A DNA stretch of 15,846 bases from Coraliomargaritaceae bacterium (GCA_965656495.1 CBFHKU010000019.1:1-15846), one strand, 5' to 3'; shown: positions 1-7,653, counted from the stretch's first letter. The notes: a model not told the origin generated them from the letters alone. Made by a program: numbers and translations.

Positions 1-256
1 TACTCTACAACTTAGAACACATCATTAACCCATCCAGACTAACGAAAGCTCTGGCCCAGTTTGGGTAACTCGATCAGCTCCATGCGACCTTTTCCGACGC
101 ACTTAGATTCGGATCGGTTACCACCCGCTAGCGCTAGAGACAGGAAGAAACCGAGCTCAGAAAGTGTGGGTGGGCCTTGTAACGACGCCCTCCTCTCTCC
201 GTCTCTCGGCCTGCCGCGCGGAGCTCCGCTCTTTACGCGGTGTCTCCAGCAACCGA

Positions 257-289
257 CCTGTCCGCCGTAGCTTGTAAAGCGAAGGAGGA
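257..289 (+). repeat. 33-bp REP-like hairpin (TCCGCC-GTA-GCTT-GTA-AAGC-GAA-GGAGGA), apparently inserted
   Basis: Imperfect inverted repeat read directly. Its flanks (243-255, 290-302) recur nearly joined at 6441-6467 without the hairpin. It resembles, from memory, dispersed bacterial 'CCGCCGTAGC...GCGAAGGCGG' palindromic repeats. Confidence 0.6.
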
Positions 290-482
290 AGGGCGCGGGT
301 GGCTAAAAGGACTGGGCAATATCTTTGGACTTCGGTGAGATCACTTGTGCTGCGGGCCTACGCCATGCGTAGAACAAGTCATTGAATCAGCAAACATGGA
401 TCATCCAAATGCATGCATCAGGATAGGCTTGATGCGAAGGGAGTCAGCTCGGCCACACCTTTTGCGAAACGGCTTACGGTGG

Positions 483-838
483 GCGGTGTGCTCGGTTGAG
501 CCAGTCGAAACCTTTAGCCCGCGTTCGACAAACACGCAGGCTTACACAATGTAAACTGCGGCTGAAGCACGCAGCTACTACTTACGGAGCGCGGTGCTTT
601 AGCCCGCGTGCGACCAATGCGCAGGCTTACACAACGTAAACTGCGGCTGAAGCACGCAGCTACTACTTACGGAGCGCGGTGCTTTAGCCCGCGTGCGACC
701 AATGCGCAGGCTAACACAATGTAAACTGCGGCTGAAGCACGCAGCTACTACTTACGGAGCGCGGTGTGCTCGGTTGAGCCAGTCGAAACCTTTAGCCCGC
801 GTGCGACAAACACGCAGGCTTGCACAACGTAAACTGCG
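483..838 (+). repeat. Tandem BIME/REPIN-like array 1 (units of 108, 85, 85 bp plus a partial unit)
   Basis: The GCGGTG anchor recurs at 483, 591, 676 and 761. The 85-bp unit is REP-A GGAG-CGCGG-TGCTTTAGC-CCGCG (586-608), a 32-nt spacer, inverted REP-B (641-663; minus strand GTAG-CTGCG-TGCTTCAGC-CGCAG) and a 7-nt linker. The 108-bp unit has 23 extra nt inside REP-A. The array ends 4 bp from the ATPase stop codon. Confidence 0.93.
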
Positions 839-842
839 CCCC

Positions 843-2060
843 TTAAACAAGCTGAGACAATAATGTCCTGAGGGGAACCCGAATCGGCTTCCCGATTCGG
901 GATGCCTCAAAACAATCGGCATCTACCTCGTCCATGTCCATGACAGCCTGATAAGCATGCGGCACTCTCAGCACCTGGGAAAAATGTTTCAACGCCGGAC
1001 TGAGTGGTTCTTTTAGCGACTTCTTCACCTCGACCATCATCCAGGGCTCCGAGTCTCTGGATATTAAAAAATCCACCTCGCGCTGCGCGGTATCTCGAAT
1101 GTAAAAAAGATCAAACTGCCCGAGCCCCAAATCATTCCACCAATGCACGGCCTTAAACAGGTGCGATGCCACGAAGCTTTCAATTCGCGCCCCTTCATCC
1201 TGCACCGGACTCCAATCCCACGGATAAACCTTCGGCTGCTTGCGCAATGACTTCGCGACATTGCGGAACCAAGGGCGAATCCGAAATGAGAAATAGATCG
1301 ATTCGAGCAATGTCATCCAGCGTCGAATCGTATCGACAGACACACACACCTGATTCGCCAAGGTGCTATAGTTCACAAGCGATCCTGCCTGCGCCAATAA
1401 GATCTGCGAGAGGGTCATCAACTGATCAATATCCTGAACGCGGGTCAAATCCCGCAAATCTTCCCTGAACATCTGCTCGGTGCGCAATCCGATCCAACGA
1501 TTATAGAACCGATCTGTTGCCCGGGTAAATGGCTCGGGGAATCCGCCGAAACGATATAGCGATTCAAACTCCTCGTCGGAGATGACACCTGAAGCGGAAA
1601 CAACGCAGGGATCATAAGGACGATCAACTAGCTCTCCAACGGACAGTGGATGCATGCGGTAAAGAAAGTAGCGCCCCATTAAACTGTCGCCGCCCCTTTT
1701 ATACACATTCAGTCGCGCGCTGCCGGTCACCAGAACGGATGCAGACTCTTCGATGGCATCAAAAAATCCTTTTAAAAAATTTTTCCACTGCCTGAACTTG
1801 TGGATTTCATCAAACGCAATCAGTGGCCGAGAGTCGGAAGCTCTCAAATCGGAGAACCCGCACGCTTTGACGATAAAATCCGACCCTTTAAGAATATTCC
1901 GGCGATCATCGGAGCGATCCCAGTTGAATGACATATCATCATCACCGCACAGGCTCTTAATTAATGTAGTTTTTCCAACTTGCCGTGGCCCCGCGACAAA
2001 GGCCATCTGCCGCTCGTTGGAAAAATGCTCCCGAAGCAAGTCTTCATAGATCCGTTTCAC
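843..2060 (-). CDS. AAA+ ATP-binding protein, AAA_14 + DUF4143 family, with internal HTH and C-terminal PD-(D/E)xK-like motif
   Basis: 405 aa, GTG start. Walker A GPRQVGKT, Walker B IAFDEIH, VTGS, GDSLMGR and FGGFPE are present. HTH-like NYSTLANQVCVSVDTIRRWMTLLE and C-terminal EVDF...EVK complete the family pattern. Confidence 0.9.
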   Translation of the reverse strand: MKRIYEDLLREHFSNERQMAFVAGPRQVGKTTLIKSLCGDDDMSFNWDRSDDRRNILKGSDFIVKACGFSDLRASDSRPLIAFDEIHKFRQWKNFLKGFFDAIEESASVLVTGSARLNVYKRGGDSLMGRYFLYRMHPLSVGELVDRPYDPCVVSASGVISDEEFESLYRFGGFPEPFTRATDRFYNRWIGLRTEQMFREDLRDLTRVQDIDQLMTLSQILLAQAGSLVNYSTLANQVCVSVDTIRRWMTLLESIYFSFRIRPWFRNVAKSLRKQPKVYPWDWSPVQDEGARIESFVASHLFKAVHWWNDLGLGQFDLFYIRDTAQREVDFLISRDSEPWMMVEVKKSLKEPLSPALKHFSQVLRVPHAYQAVMDMDEVDADCFEASRIGKPIRVPLRTLLSQLV

Positions 2061-2099
2061 AGCTTAAAAACATAGATAAGTCGGCCGAAACACAAGAAT

Positions 2100-2155
2100 C
2101 ATTTTACGATATAACTTATAATAATTCAGATCGTTTTACGATATTGCGTAAAATG
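2100..2155. promoter_or_regulatory. AT-rich putative promoter/operator region upstream of the ATPase
   Basis: TTTTACGATAT is directly repeated at 2102-2112 and 2134-2144. The palindrome TTTTACG-N6-CGTAAAA lies at 2134-2153. Confidence 0.5.
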
Positions 2156-2217
2156 AGCGGATTCGACTCCTCGCCTACCGACCAACAAACAATGCGAGTA
2201 AGCAACGCGTGGTAAAA

Positions 2218-2486
2218 ACGGAGCGCGGTGTGCTCGGTTGAGCCAGTCAAAACCTTTAGCCCGCGTTCGACCGACACGCAGGCTAACACAATGTAAACTG
2301 CGGCTGAAGCACGCAGCTACCACTTACGGAGCGCGGTGTGCTCGGTTGAGCCAGTCGAAACCTTTAGCCCGCGTTCGACAAACACGCAGGCTTACACAAT
2401 GTAAACTGCGGCTGAAGCACGCAGCTACTACTTACGGAGCGCGGTGTGCTCGGTTGAGCCAGTCGAAACCTTTAGCCCGCGTGCGA
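2218..2486 (+). repeat. Tandem BIME/REPIN-like array 2 (108-bp units, about 2.5 copies)
   Basis: Anchors at 2225, 2333 and 2441 (period 108). 2333-2446 is identical to 483-596. Confidence 0.93.
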
Positions 2487-2505
2487 TAAACCCTAGACAG
2501 GGTTT

Positions 2506-2526
2506 CCCTTCGGCATGAACTCAGGG
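2506..2526 (-). repeat. Stand-alone TGAG...CGAA-type REP-like hairpin (minus strand CCC-TGAG-TTCATGC-CGAA-GGG)
   Basis: Same scaffold as the 23-bp insert in REP-A (GGT-TGAG-CCAGT-CGAA-ACC) with a different, still complementary stem. It abuts the perfect hairpin AAACCCT-AGAC-AGGGTTT at 2488-2505. Confidence 0.5.
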
Positions 2527-2628
2527 CCGAATGCCGGCTCAACTCTTGGCGGGAGCGCCCTCGCCCTGCACCACTCCCATCAGGGACGGTGCCGCCTTCA
2601 TTGTTGCCCTTATGTCCGAGCCGCTTTG

Positions 2629-5600
2629 TTACCTGCGCACTACTGAAACGCTGAGCGTATCAATCGCACCTGCAAAGCGGCCAGCGCTTTTATCTTTAGA
2701 GCTCAAGCGGACGCTCACTAGGCCGGATCCGTCGCCTTGATAGTCAAATGCAACGGGTTTGAAATCCATTTTCCTCGCCCATGCGCCAGCGGAGTATTCG
2801 AAGCGTTTGAGCACGACTCCGTCTTCGCGCAGCACTTCCAGCACCAGCAGGTCGGACGCCTGCGTCGCTTCTTTGGTTGAGAGATAAACCGTCGGGCTGA
2901 CCTCCAGCCTCACCTGATAGGATTTGCCGGCTCGGTTCGCATTAAACTTGGGCGAGCTCAGCGTGGTCTCGCCACCGACCATCACGGCCCAATCGGCCTG
3001 CGCTTTGGTGCCGCGGTTGACACAACGCAGATCGTGGTTCCCCGCCGAGTGCTGCCAGCCCGCAACGCTTCCGGTATGCATCAGCGGCAGGCGCGTATCG
3101 CGCTGCGGTTTGTGCGCAGTCCCCTTCGCGCTATCAAACGATTCCGTGAGCCCTTCGGGCGGGGGTGTTTGTTCGACGCGCTCCATGAAACGAACGGGGC
3201 CCATCAAACCGGACGGCAGGAGTTGACCGCCCTCTTCATAATGACTCCAGGTGGCAAAGGTTTGACGATGTCCCTGCGGAGCCGGTTGGCCGGACAGCAC
3301 CCACTCGGGGAACTGCTCATAGGCATAGCGTCGCCAGACCCCGCCACCGTTGATCTTGCCGGTCTCCGGCAAAGCGGAATCGCCGATCAAACGGTTGACC
3401 CACAGATTCGTCACCCGGATATTCAATTGGTTGACACCCGTTTGCAGTGCACTGGAAATGTCCACGCGAAACGGCGGTTTCCACAAGACGCCGAGATCCT
3501 TGCCGTTGACCAAAACGCGCGCCATGACATCCACTTGGCCGAGATCGAGATAGACCGCCTGATTCGGGATTGTGGAAAGCTTGAAGGTTTTTTGATACGC
3601 CGCGGTGCCGGAGAAATATTTGATCGCCTCGTTTGAATGCTCGTTCCATGCGATCAGCTCGCTAAACACCTGCGGCTCTTGGGGACCGAATGTCGGGTCA
3701 AAGCGCACCGTCCAGTCACCGTCTAAGGTCGCCACTGCTTTGTATTCCCATTTCGGGGCTTCAGCGGATTGCTTGGTGGTCGGCTCGCGGAATACGACGA
3801 AGAGCGAGTCCGCCGGATCGAGTTCGAGTTCCACCTGCGTGCGTCCGTCTGGGGTCATGCTCCAATTGGGTGCCGGCATGGTTTCGCCCGTTTCCGGATC
3901 CCATAGCTCGGGCAACTTGCCTGCGATGCGGAAGGTTACTTTTTCGCTGCGCGCGACATACATTTGATTGCTCACAAAATAGAAATCAGCCCCATCCAAG
4001 CGATGATGCACATATTCCATCTGGTCGGGTAAGGCACAGTCCGGCTGGACCTTCGCCAGCGCCTGCTCAAACCCGTCCGGGTTGCGGATCAGACCGGAAT
4101 CCCAGTATTTTTGTATCAGCTGTTGCAATGCGGCATCATTACGCGCCGCGTTGTGCAGGCTCGGTGTGCGAACCGGACGAGCGGCAAATACAAGCACCCC
4201 CTGCTCCGCCAATTTACCCAGCTTGCGGGCGGTTTCCACTCGCATCAAATCGGCGTTTGAGAGCGTCAGCATCTTATAACGATTCGGCAACAGCTTCCCT
4301 TGGTAGCTCGCGCGCAAGAATCCCTCGTCATCCACCGACAACTCGTCAAGGATGCCGATTTCAGACACGTCGGTCTTGAATCCCGGAGCCCAGCCCAATG
4401 AGAGATCCCCCGCGCCGGGGAATGAAGAGAACGGGCGGTTTTCCCCATCCACTGACAGGATGTCGGACACATGATCGCCTGTTTGCAGGATATGCTGACA
4501 GCGCGTAATATACTCAATCCAGTCTTCGCCCTCAAAGAACCAGGTGTTGTTGCGATGGTTCTGAAAGCCGAACTTTCCGTGAGTCACGCCCGGTTTCACG
4601 CCATCGGGTAAGGCCTGGTGCGCCGAGGAGTGGAATACGAAACGATTCACTCCCTGAGTGAACATCCGGTCGCCCAGCGTCTTCATCAGATACGGATGCG
4701 TGGTGTAGTCCCCATCGATACGCGTATAGGCCTCCGCACCGAAGACCTTTTTCCCGCTGAGGCGCACACCGGAGCCGACCATTTGACTCGTCCAAGTCCA
4801 GCCGGTGGCTTTCTTGTTTGGATTCCCGGTATACCAGAACTCGGTCATCGGCCAATCGACCAGCTTCGCCACGCGCGAACTGTCGAAGGGCCCCGGACCA
4901 TAGGGCTCGGCCGTCAAGCCGAGTCCCTGAGCACCGCACTTCTCTGAGAAATAGAGGAAGTAGTTTTCGTAAACCAAATCAGAGACCGTATGGCGCAAGT
5001 CCCATAGCACGCGCTCGGTATATTCGGTATTTTCCAACACACGCCCGGTGAAACAAACCAAATTCGGAATCAAGTCATAGCCATTGCGCTCTTTGAAGAG
5101 CTGATCAAATCCGTCGGTCCAGTTCTGATGATGCACCTCCCAGCTATCAATCGATAATGAGGTGAACGATTCGTGTTGCTTGGCGTCTTCCGTCACCCGA
5201 TCCAACAGGCCTGCCCAGTGCAAGTCGGCGGCTGCGCGACTCATCTTGTCGATTTCCAGTCCCTTCGCCCCCTCGGACGGCGGTTTGTTTTCGAGGCCCG
5301 TGCTGGTGTAGCCCATACGCAAGACTGTCCACTCGCCCGAGTCCGGCGTCCAATTGAGCTGACCGGATGCATCCATGCGATCGGTCAGGATCTGCACACG
5401 CTCCGGCGATATCACCGCCGCTTCAGGCGTGGCTGCTGTCTGCGGGGCAAACATGTCAATCCGCACGACTTTCTGCTTCACCAGCTCCATCGCCTTTTTG
5501 TCATTCAGCGACTTACCGAACCAGTTCTCGAGGCGGTATTCGTCGTCCTTCGGAGTCGGGAATGCCAGCACCGCAATGTCGCGATAGAACTCGCGCGTGG

Positions 5601-6069
5601 CCTTAGGCTGCTTCAACTGCACGCCCCCCTCGCCCGCTTTGATTCGGGTCTCTGTCCAAACCACGGTTTTCATCGACATCTCCGGTGTGACCCAGGGGCC
5701 GCCGGAACAGCTCCAGCCGGAGCAATTTTTCATCGACATCTCCAAGCCCAATCGGTCGGCCTCCTTTGCGGTATGATTCAAGCAATCGTGAAACGCATCT
5801 GAATTATAGACCACGCCGCCGTGAGGGGTAAACCAGCCGGTATCAAACAGGATGAAGTTCTGAATCCCGACCTGCTTGAAGGCCTCGAGATCCTTGGTGA
5901 TACCCGGCTTCGAGATATGCCCGTCCATCCAAATATAGAAAGTGCCTGGACGCGCCGATTCCGGTGGATTTTCAAAGTCACGCTCGTGCATCGCGGCCCG
6001 CAGCGGAGCAACCGCTCCCAACAACATACCCGCTGCAATCAATGAATGCGTATAGTGTTTGATTTTCAT
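2629..6069 (-). CDS. Secreted glycoside hydrolase family 106 (alpha-L-rhamnosidase-like) with GH2-type sugar-binding domain and extra C-terminal domain
   Basis: 1146 aa with a Sec signal (MKIKH...AVAPLRA). GH106 hallmarks: FENPPESARP..WMDGHISKPGITKDLEAFKQVG, GWSCSGGPWVTPE, GLEIDKMS, IDSWE, GAEAYT, PELWDPETG, VTNLWVNRLIGD and SGLMGPV. Confidence 0.9.
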   Translation of the reverse strand: MKIKHYTHSLIAAGMLLGAVAPLRAAMHERDFENPPESARPGTFYIWMDGHISKPGITKDLEAFKQVGIQNFILFDTGWFTPHGGVVYNSDAFHDCLNHTAKEADRLGLEMSMKNCSGWSCSGGPWVTPEMSMKTVVWTETRIKAGEGGVQLKQPKATREFYRDIAVLAFPTPKDDEYRLENWFGKSLNDKKAMELVKQKVVRIDMFAPQTAATPEAAVISPERVQILTDRMDASGQLNWTPDSGEWTVLRMGYTSTGLENKPPSEGAKGLEIDKMSRAAADLHWAGLLDRVTEDAKQHESFTSLSIDSWEVHHQNWTDGFDQLFKERNGYDLIPNLVCFTGRVLENTEYTERVLWDLRHTVSDLVYENYFLYFSEKCGAQGLGLTAEPYGPGPFDSSRVAKLVDWPMTEFWYTGNPNKKATGWTWTSQMVGSGVRLSGKKVFGAEAYTRIDGDYTTHPYLMKTLGDRMFTQGVNRFVFHSSAHQALPDGVKPGVTHGKFGFQNHRNNTWFFEGEDWIEYITRCQHILQTGDHVSDILSVDGENRPFSSFPGAGDLSLGWAPGFKTDVSEIGILDELSVDDEGFLRASYQGKLLPNRYKMLTLSNADLMRVETARKLGKLAEQGVLVFAARPVRTPSLHNAARNDAALQQLIQKYWDSGLIRNPDGFEQALAKVQPDCALPDQMEYVHHRLDGADFYFVSNQMYVARSEKVTFRIAGKLPELWDPETGETMPAPNWSMTPDGRTQVELELDPADSLFVVFREPTTKQSAEAPKWEYKAVATLDGDWTVRFDPTFGPQEPQVFSELIAWNEHSNEAIKYFSGTAAYQKTFKLSTIPNQAVYLDLGQVDVMARVLVNGKDLGVLWKPPFRVDISSALQTGVNQLNIRVTNLWVNRLIGDSALPETGKINGGGVWRRYAYEQFPEWVLSGQPAPQGHRQTFATWSHYEEGGQLLPSGLMGPVRFMERVEQTPPPEGLTESFDSAKGTAHKPQRDTRLPLMHTGSVAGWQHSAGNHDLRCVNRGTKAQADWAVMVGGETTLSSPKFNANRAGKSYQVRLEVSPTVYLSTKEATQASDLLVLEVLREDGVVLKRFEYSAGAWARKMDFKPVAFDYQGDGSGLVSVRLSSKDKSAGRFAGAIDTLSVSVVRR

Positions 6070-6211
6070 ACTTACTTAAACTTTTTCGCCTTTGCAGCTC
6101 CGTATAGCTTGCTTCTGAATAAAGTAACCCCCAATCTACCCGATCTGTCCCAATCGCACAATCTACTGAAATCAGTAGGGGTCCGAGCAAAATGAGCTGA
6201 CGAAGTCCAAG

Positions 6212-6309
6212 GGTGCGTGGTGTGCTCGGTTGAGCCTGTCGAAACCTTCAGCCCGCGTCCGGTCAAAACGCAGCCTTGGGCAACGTAAACTGCGGCTAAA
6301 GCACCCTAC
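6212..6309 (+). repeat. Solo, diverged copy of the 108-bp unit
   Basis: GGTGTGCTCGGTTGAGCCTGTCGAAACCTTCAGCCCGCG...AAACTGCGGCTAAAGCAC..CTAC, with the same internal spacing as array 1 (REP-B begins 73 nt after the anchor). A further 12-nt fragment AGCGCGGTGTGC lies at 6477-6488. Confidence 0.88.
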
Positions 6310-6538
6310 AGGGCATACACACGCAGCGATCACTGAGCCACGGAAGCTTGGTTGATGAAACCGTTAATGGACGTTCATAAACGTGAATCAGAGAGCAGCC
6401 AGTTCAGGGAATTTTACCACGGAGCAACTGTGCAACTGTATCTCCGGCAACCGCAGGGCGCGGGTGGTTGAATTTCAGCGCGGTGTGCCCTCCATTATGT
6501 GATATCGAGAGCAGCGCGGCAAAGTCCTCGCGTCATCT

Positions 6539-6988
6539 TCACGTCTTCGGCGTCAGATTCGGATGCTTCGCCCGCAACCAATCAAGCACATCGTCGTAGA
6601 GTTCCGCCGCAAACTCGATCAGCTCGACTGCTTCTTCAGGACTGGTGCGTCCGGCCACATTGTATTCAACGGTATTGCGTTTGATCCGGCAACTATCGAG
6701 ATAGTCCGCGTCACCTTTGCGCGAATCTCCGAGCACGAGTGGCAGAGCTTGTAAAGTTCGGTAGTGTGCGAGTGCCCGATCAGGTCGATAGCCTTCGGCA
6801 TAAATCAAGATCGTGCAGAGCTTCAGTGCTGCATTGTAGGCAATGCCAAATTGCCAGTCGAGGCTTAGGCGAGCGGTTCGAGCATCGGTAAGATCGCGTT
6901 CGGCAATCGCAAACAAATCGATGACCTGTTGCCGAGTTGTTTGGTGTGATCGGAGCCACCCATTCTTATGCCATTGTTGCAAGCTCAT
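6539..6988 (-). CDS. HEPN-domain protein (SAV_6107-like), putative toxin
   Basis: About 149 aa (alternative start 6994), apparently helical, overlapping the MNT stop. It has AYNAAL and RIKRNTVEY (R-X4-Y variant of the HEPN R-X4-6-H motif) and lies directly downstream of a nucleotidyltransferase. Confidence 0.75.
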   Translation of the reverse strand: MSLQQWHKNGWLRSHQTTRQQVIDLFAIAERDLTDARTARLSLDWQFGIAYNAALKLCTILIYAEGYRPDRALAHYRTLQALPLVLGDSRKGDADYLDSCRIKRNTVEYNVAGRTSPEEAVELIEFAAELYDDVLDWLRAKHPNLTPKT

Positions 6989-7553
6989 CGTCACTACCGA
7001 TGATCCATAGCTTGTTGCCGTTTGTCACGCTGCAAATGTAAGCATCGTTTGAGGCGAGTTTCTGCTTATACGAATCCGGCGAGAAAACCGTTGGATTTAT
7101 TTCGCGCTCCAAGCGATTAGAAAGCTCACGCAAGGCAGGAGAAAGCGCGCGTAAAAGAATGCTGCCGATGATGAACAAATCAATGTCGCTCTCAGGGCTT
7201 GGATTTCCTTTTGCAAAGGAGCCATAGACACAAGCGAGTTGGATGCCTTCCAGGTCTTTGAGCGCCATGGCCAGTTGTGAACACAGACCGGTTGTTTTAA
7301 GGGTAATACCCTGTAGTTCCGCGAATATCGGATTATGTCGGTTTGCCATGAAGTAGAGGCGGTTGCCGTCACGTTCTTCAGTAATGAGGCCTGCGTTGCG
7401 CAGATTGGCGACTTCACGTTGGATGCTTCCTACGGCTAAACCGCTTAGTCGCGCCAAATCGCGCAGGTGCAATTTACGCTCAGGATCCGTAAACAAAAGG
7501 CGGAAGATTTCTGCTCGTGCCTTCGGGAGTAATTGTTCAAGTGTATTCAACAT
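6966..7553 (-). CDS. wHTH (ArsR/MarR-like) + minimal nucleotidyltransferase (MNT), putative antitoxin
   Basis: N-terminal HTH LHLRDLARLSGLAVGSIQREVANLRNAGLI with wing ERDGNRLYF, and NTase motif YGSFAKG...SDIDL. Start moved from 7589 to ATG 7553 (195 aa) because 7554-7591 looks like a promoter/operator. Confidence 0.87.
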   Translation of the reverse strand: MLNTLEQLLPKARAEIFRLLFTDPERKLHLRDLARLSGLAVGSIQREVANLRNAGLITEERDGNRLYFMANRHNPIFAELQGITLKTTGLCSQLAMALKDLEGIQLACVYGSFAKGNPSPESDIDLFIIGSILLRALSPALRELSNRLEREINPTVFSPDSYKQKLASNDAYICSVTNGNKLWIIGSDDELATMA

Positions 7554-7591
7554 GTATGGAATATGCATACGAATGTATGCTTTGTCCATAC
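7554..7591 (-). promoter_or_regulatory. Putative leaderless sigma70 promoter overlapped by two tandem GTATG-N7-CATAC operators
   Basis: Minus strand reads TGGACA (7588-7583), 17 nt, CATATT (7565-7560), 6 nt, ATG (7553). The palindromes lie at 7554-7570 and 7575-7591, 21 bp apart. Confidence 0.65.
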
Positions 7592-7629
7592 GAAAAACGC
7601 GCCAGTAACAGTGCGTCCTTGTTTCGTTT

Positions 7630-7653
7630 GTAGGGGCGCGACTTGACGCGCCC
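7630..7653 (+). repeat. Single GTAG-tagged REP-like hairpin of another type; possible plus-strand terminator
   Basis: GTAG-GGGCGCG-ACTTGA-CGCGCCC followed by GCA and a T8 run. Confidence 0.55.

Noticed and set aside
1..68. Possible 3' end of a plus-strand gene (frame 3: LYNLEHIINPSRLTKALAQFG*, TAA 66-68)
   Set aside because: Only 21 codons are visible with no recognisable motif, so it cannot be supported without upstream sequence.
489..512. Hammerhead ribozyme core suggested by TGAG...CGAAAC
   Set aside because: The required CUGANGA is missing, and no stems I/III with a UH cleavage site are evident.
483..838. CRISPR array interpretation of the tandem repeats (also 2218-2486 and 15490-15846)
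   Set aside because: The segments between conserved blocks are homologous with only SNP differences, so there are no unique spacers. No cas genes are present.
2117..2122. Plus-strand TATAAT pointing into array 2 as a promoter for a repeat RNA
   Set aside because: There is no -35 or extended -10 match, and the hexamer is expected by chance in this AT-rich stretch; it would need RNA data.
839..2217. Classical integron cassettes with attC sites
   Set aside because: I found no RYYYAAC...GTTRRRY boxes after the stop codons and no intI. The genes appear to have their own promoters and some are several kb long.
2238..2489. ORFs over the repeats (2238-2489, 2126-2323, 345-554, 6072-6266, 7537-7734, 15500-15685, 15607-15792)
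   Set aside because: They are largely translations of the repeat. A 108-bp unit keeps frame by arithmetic, while the 85- and 107-bp variants break it.
2924..6045. Long antisense or alternative-frame ORFs inside GH106 (e.g. 3034-3636, 3690-4379, 5173-5802) and inside the other genes (e.g. 14837-15358)
   Set aside because: They are shadow ORFs of GC-rich coding sequence that fully overlap well-supported genes and have no motifs.
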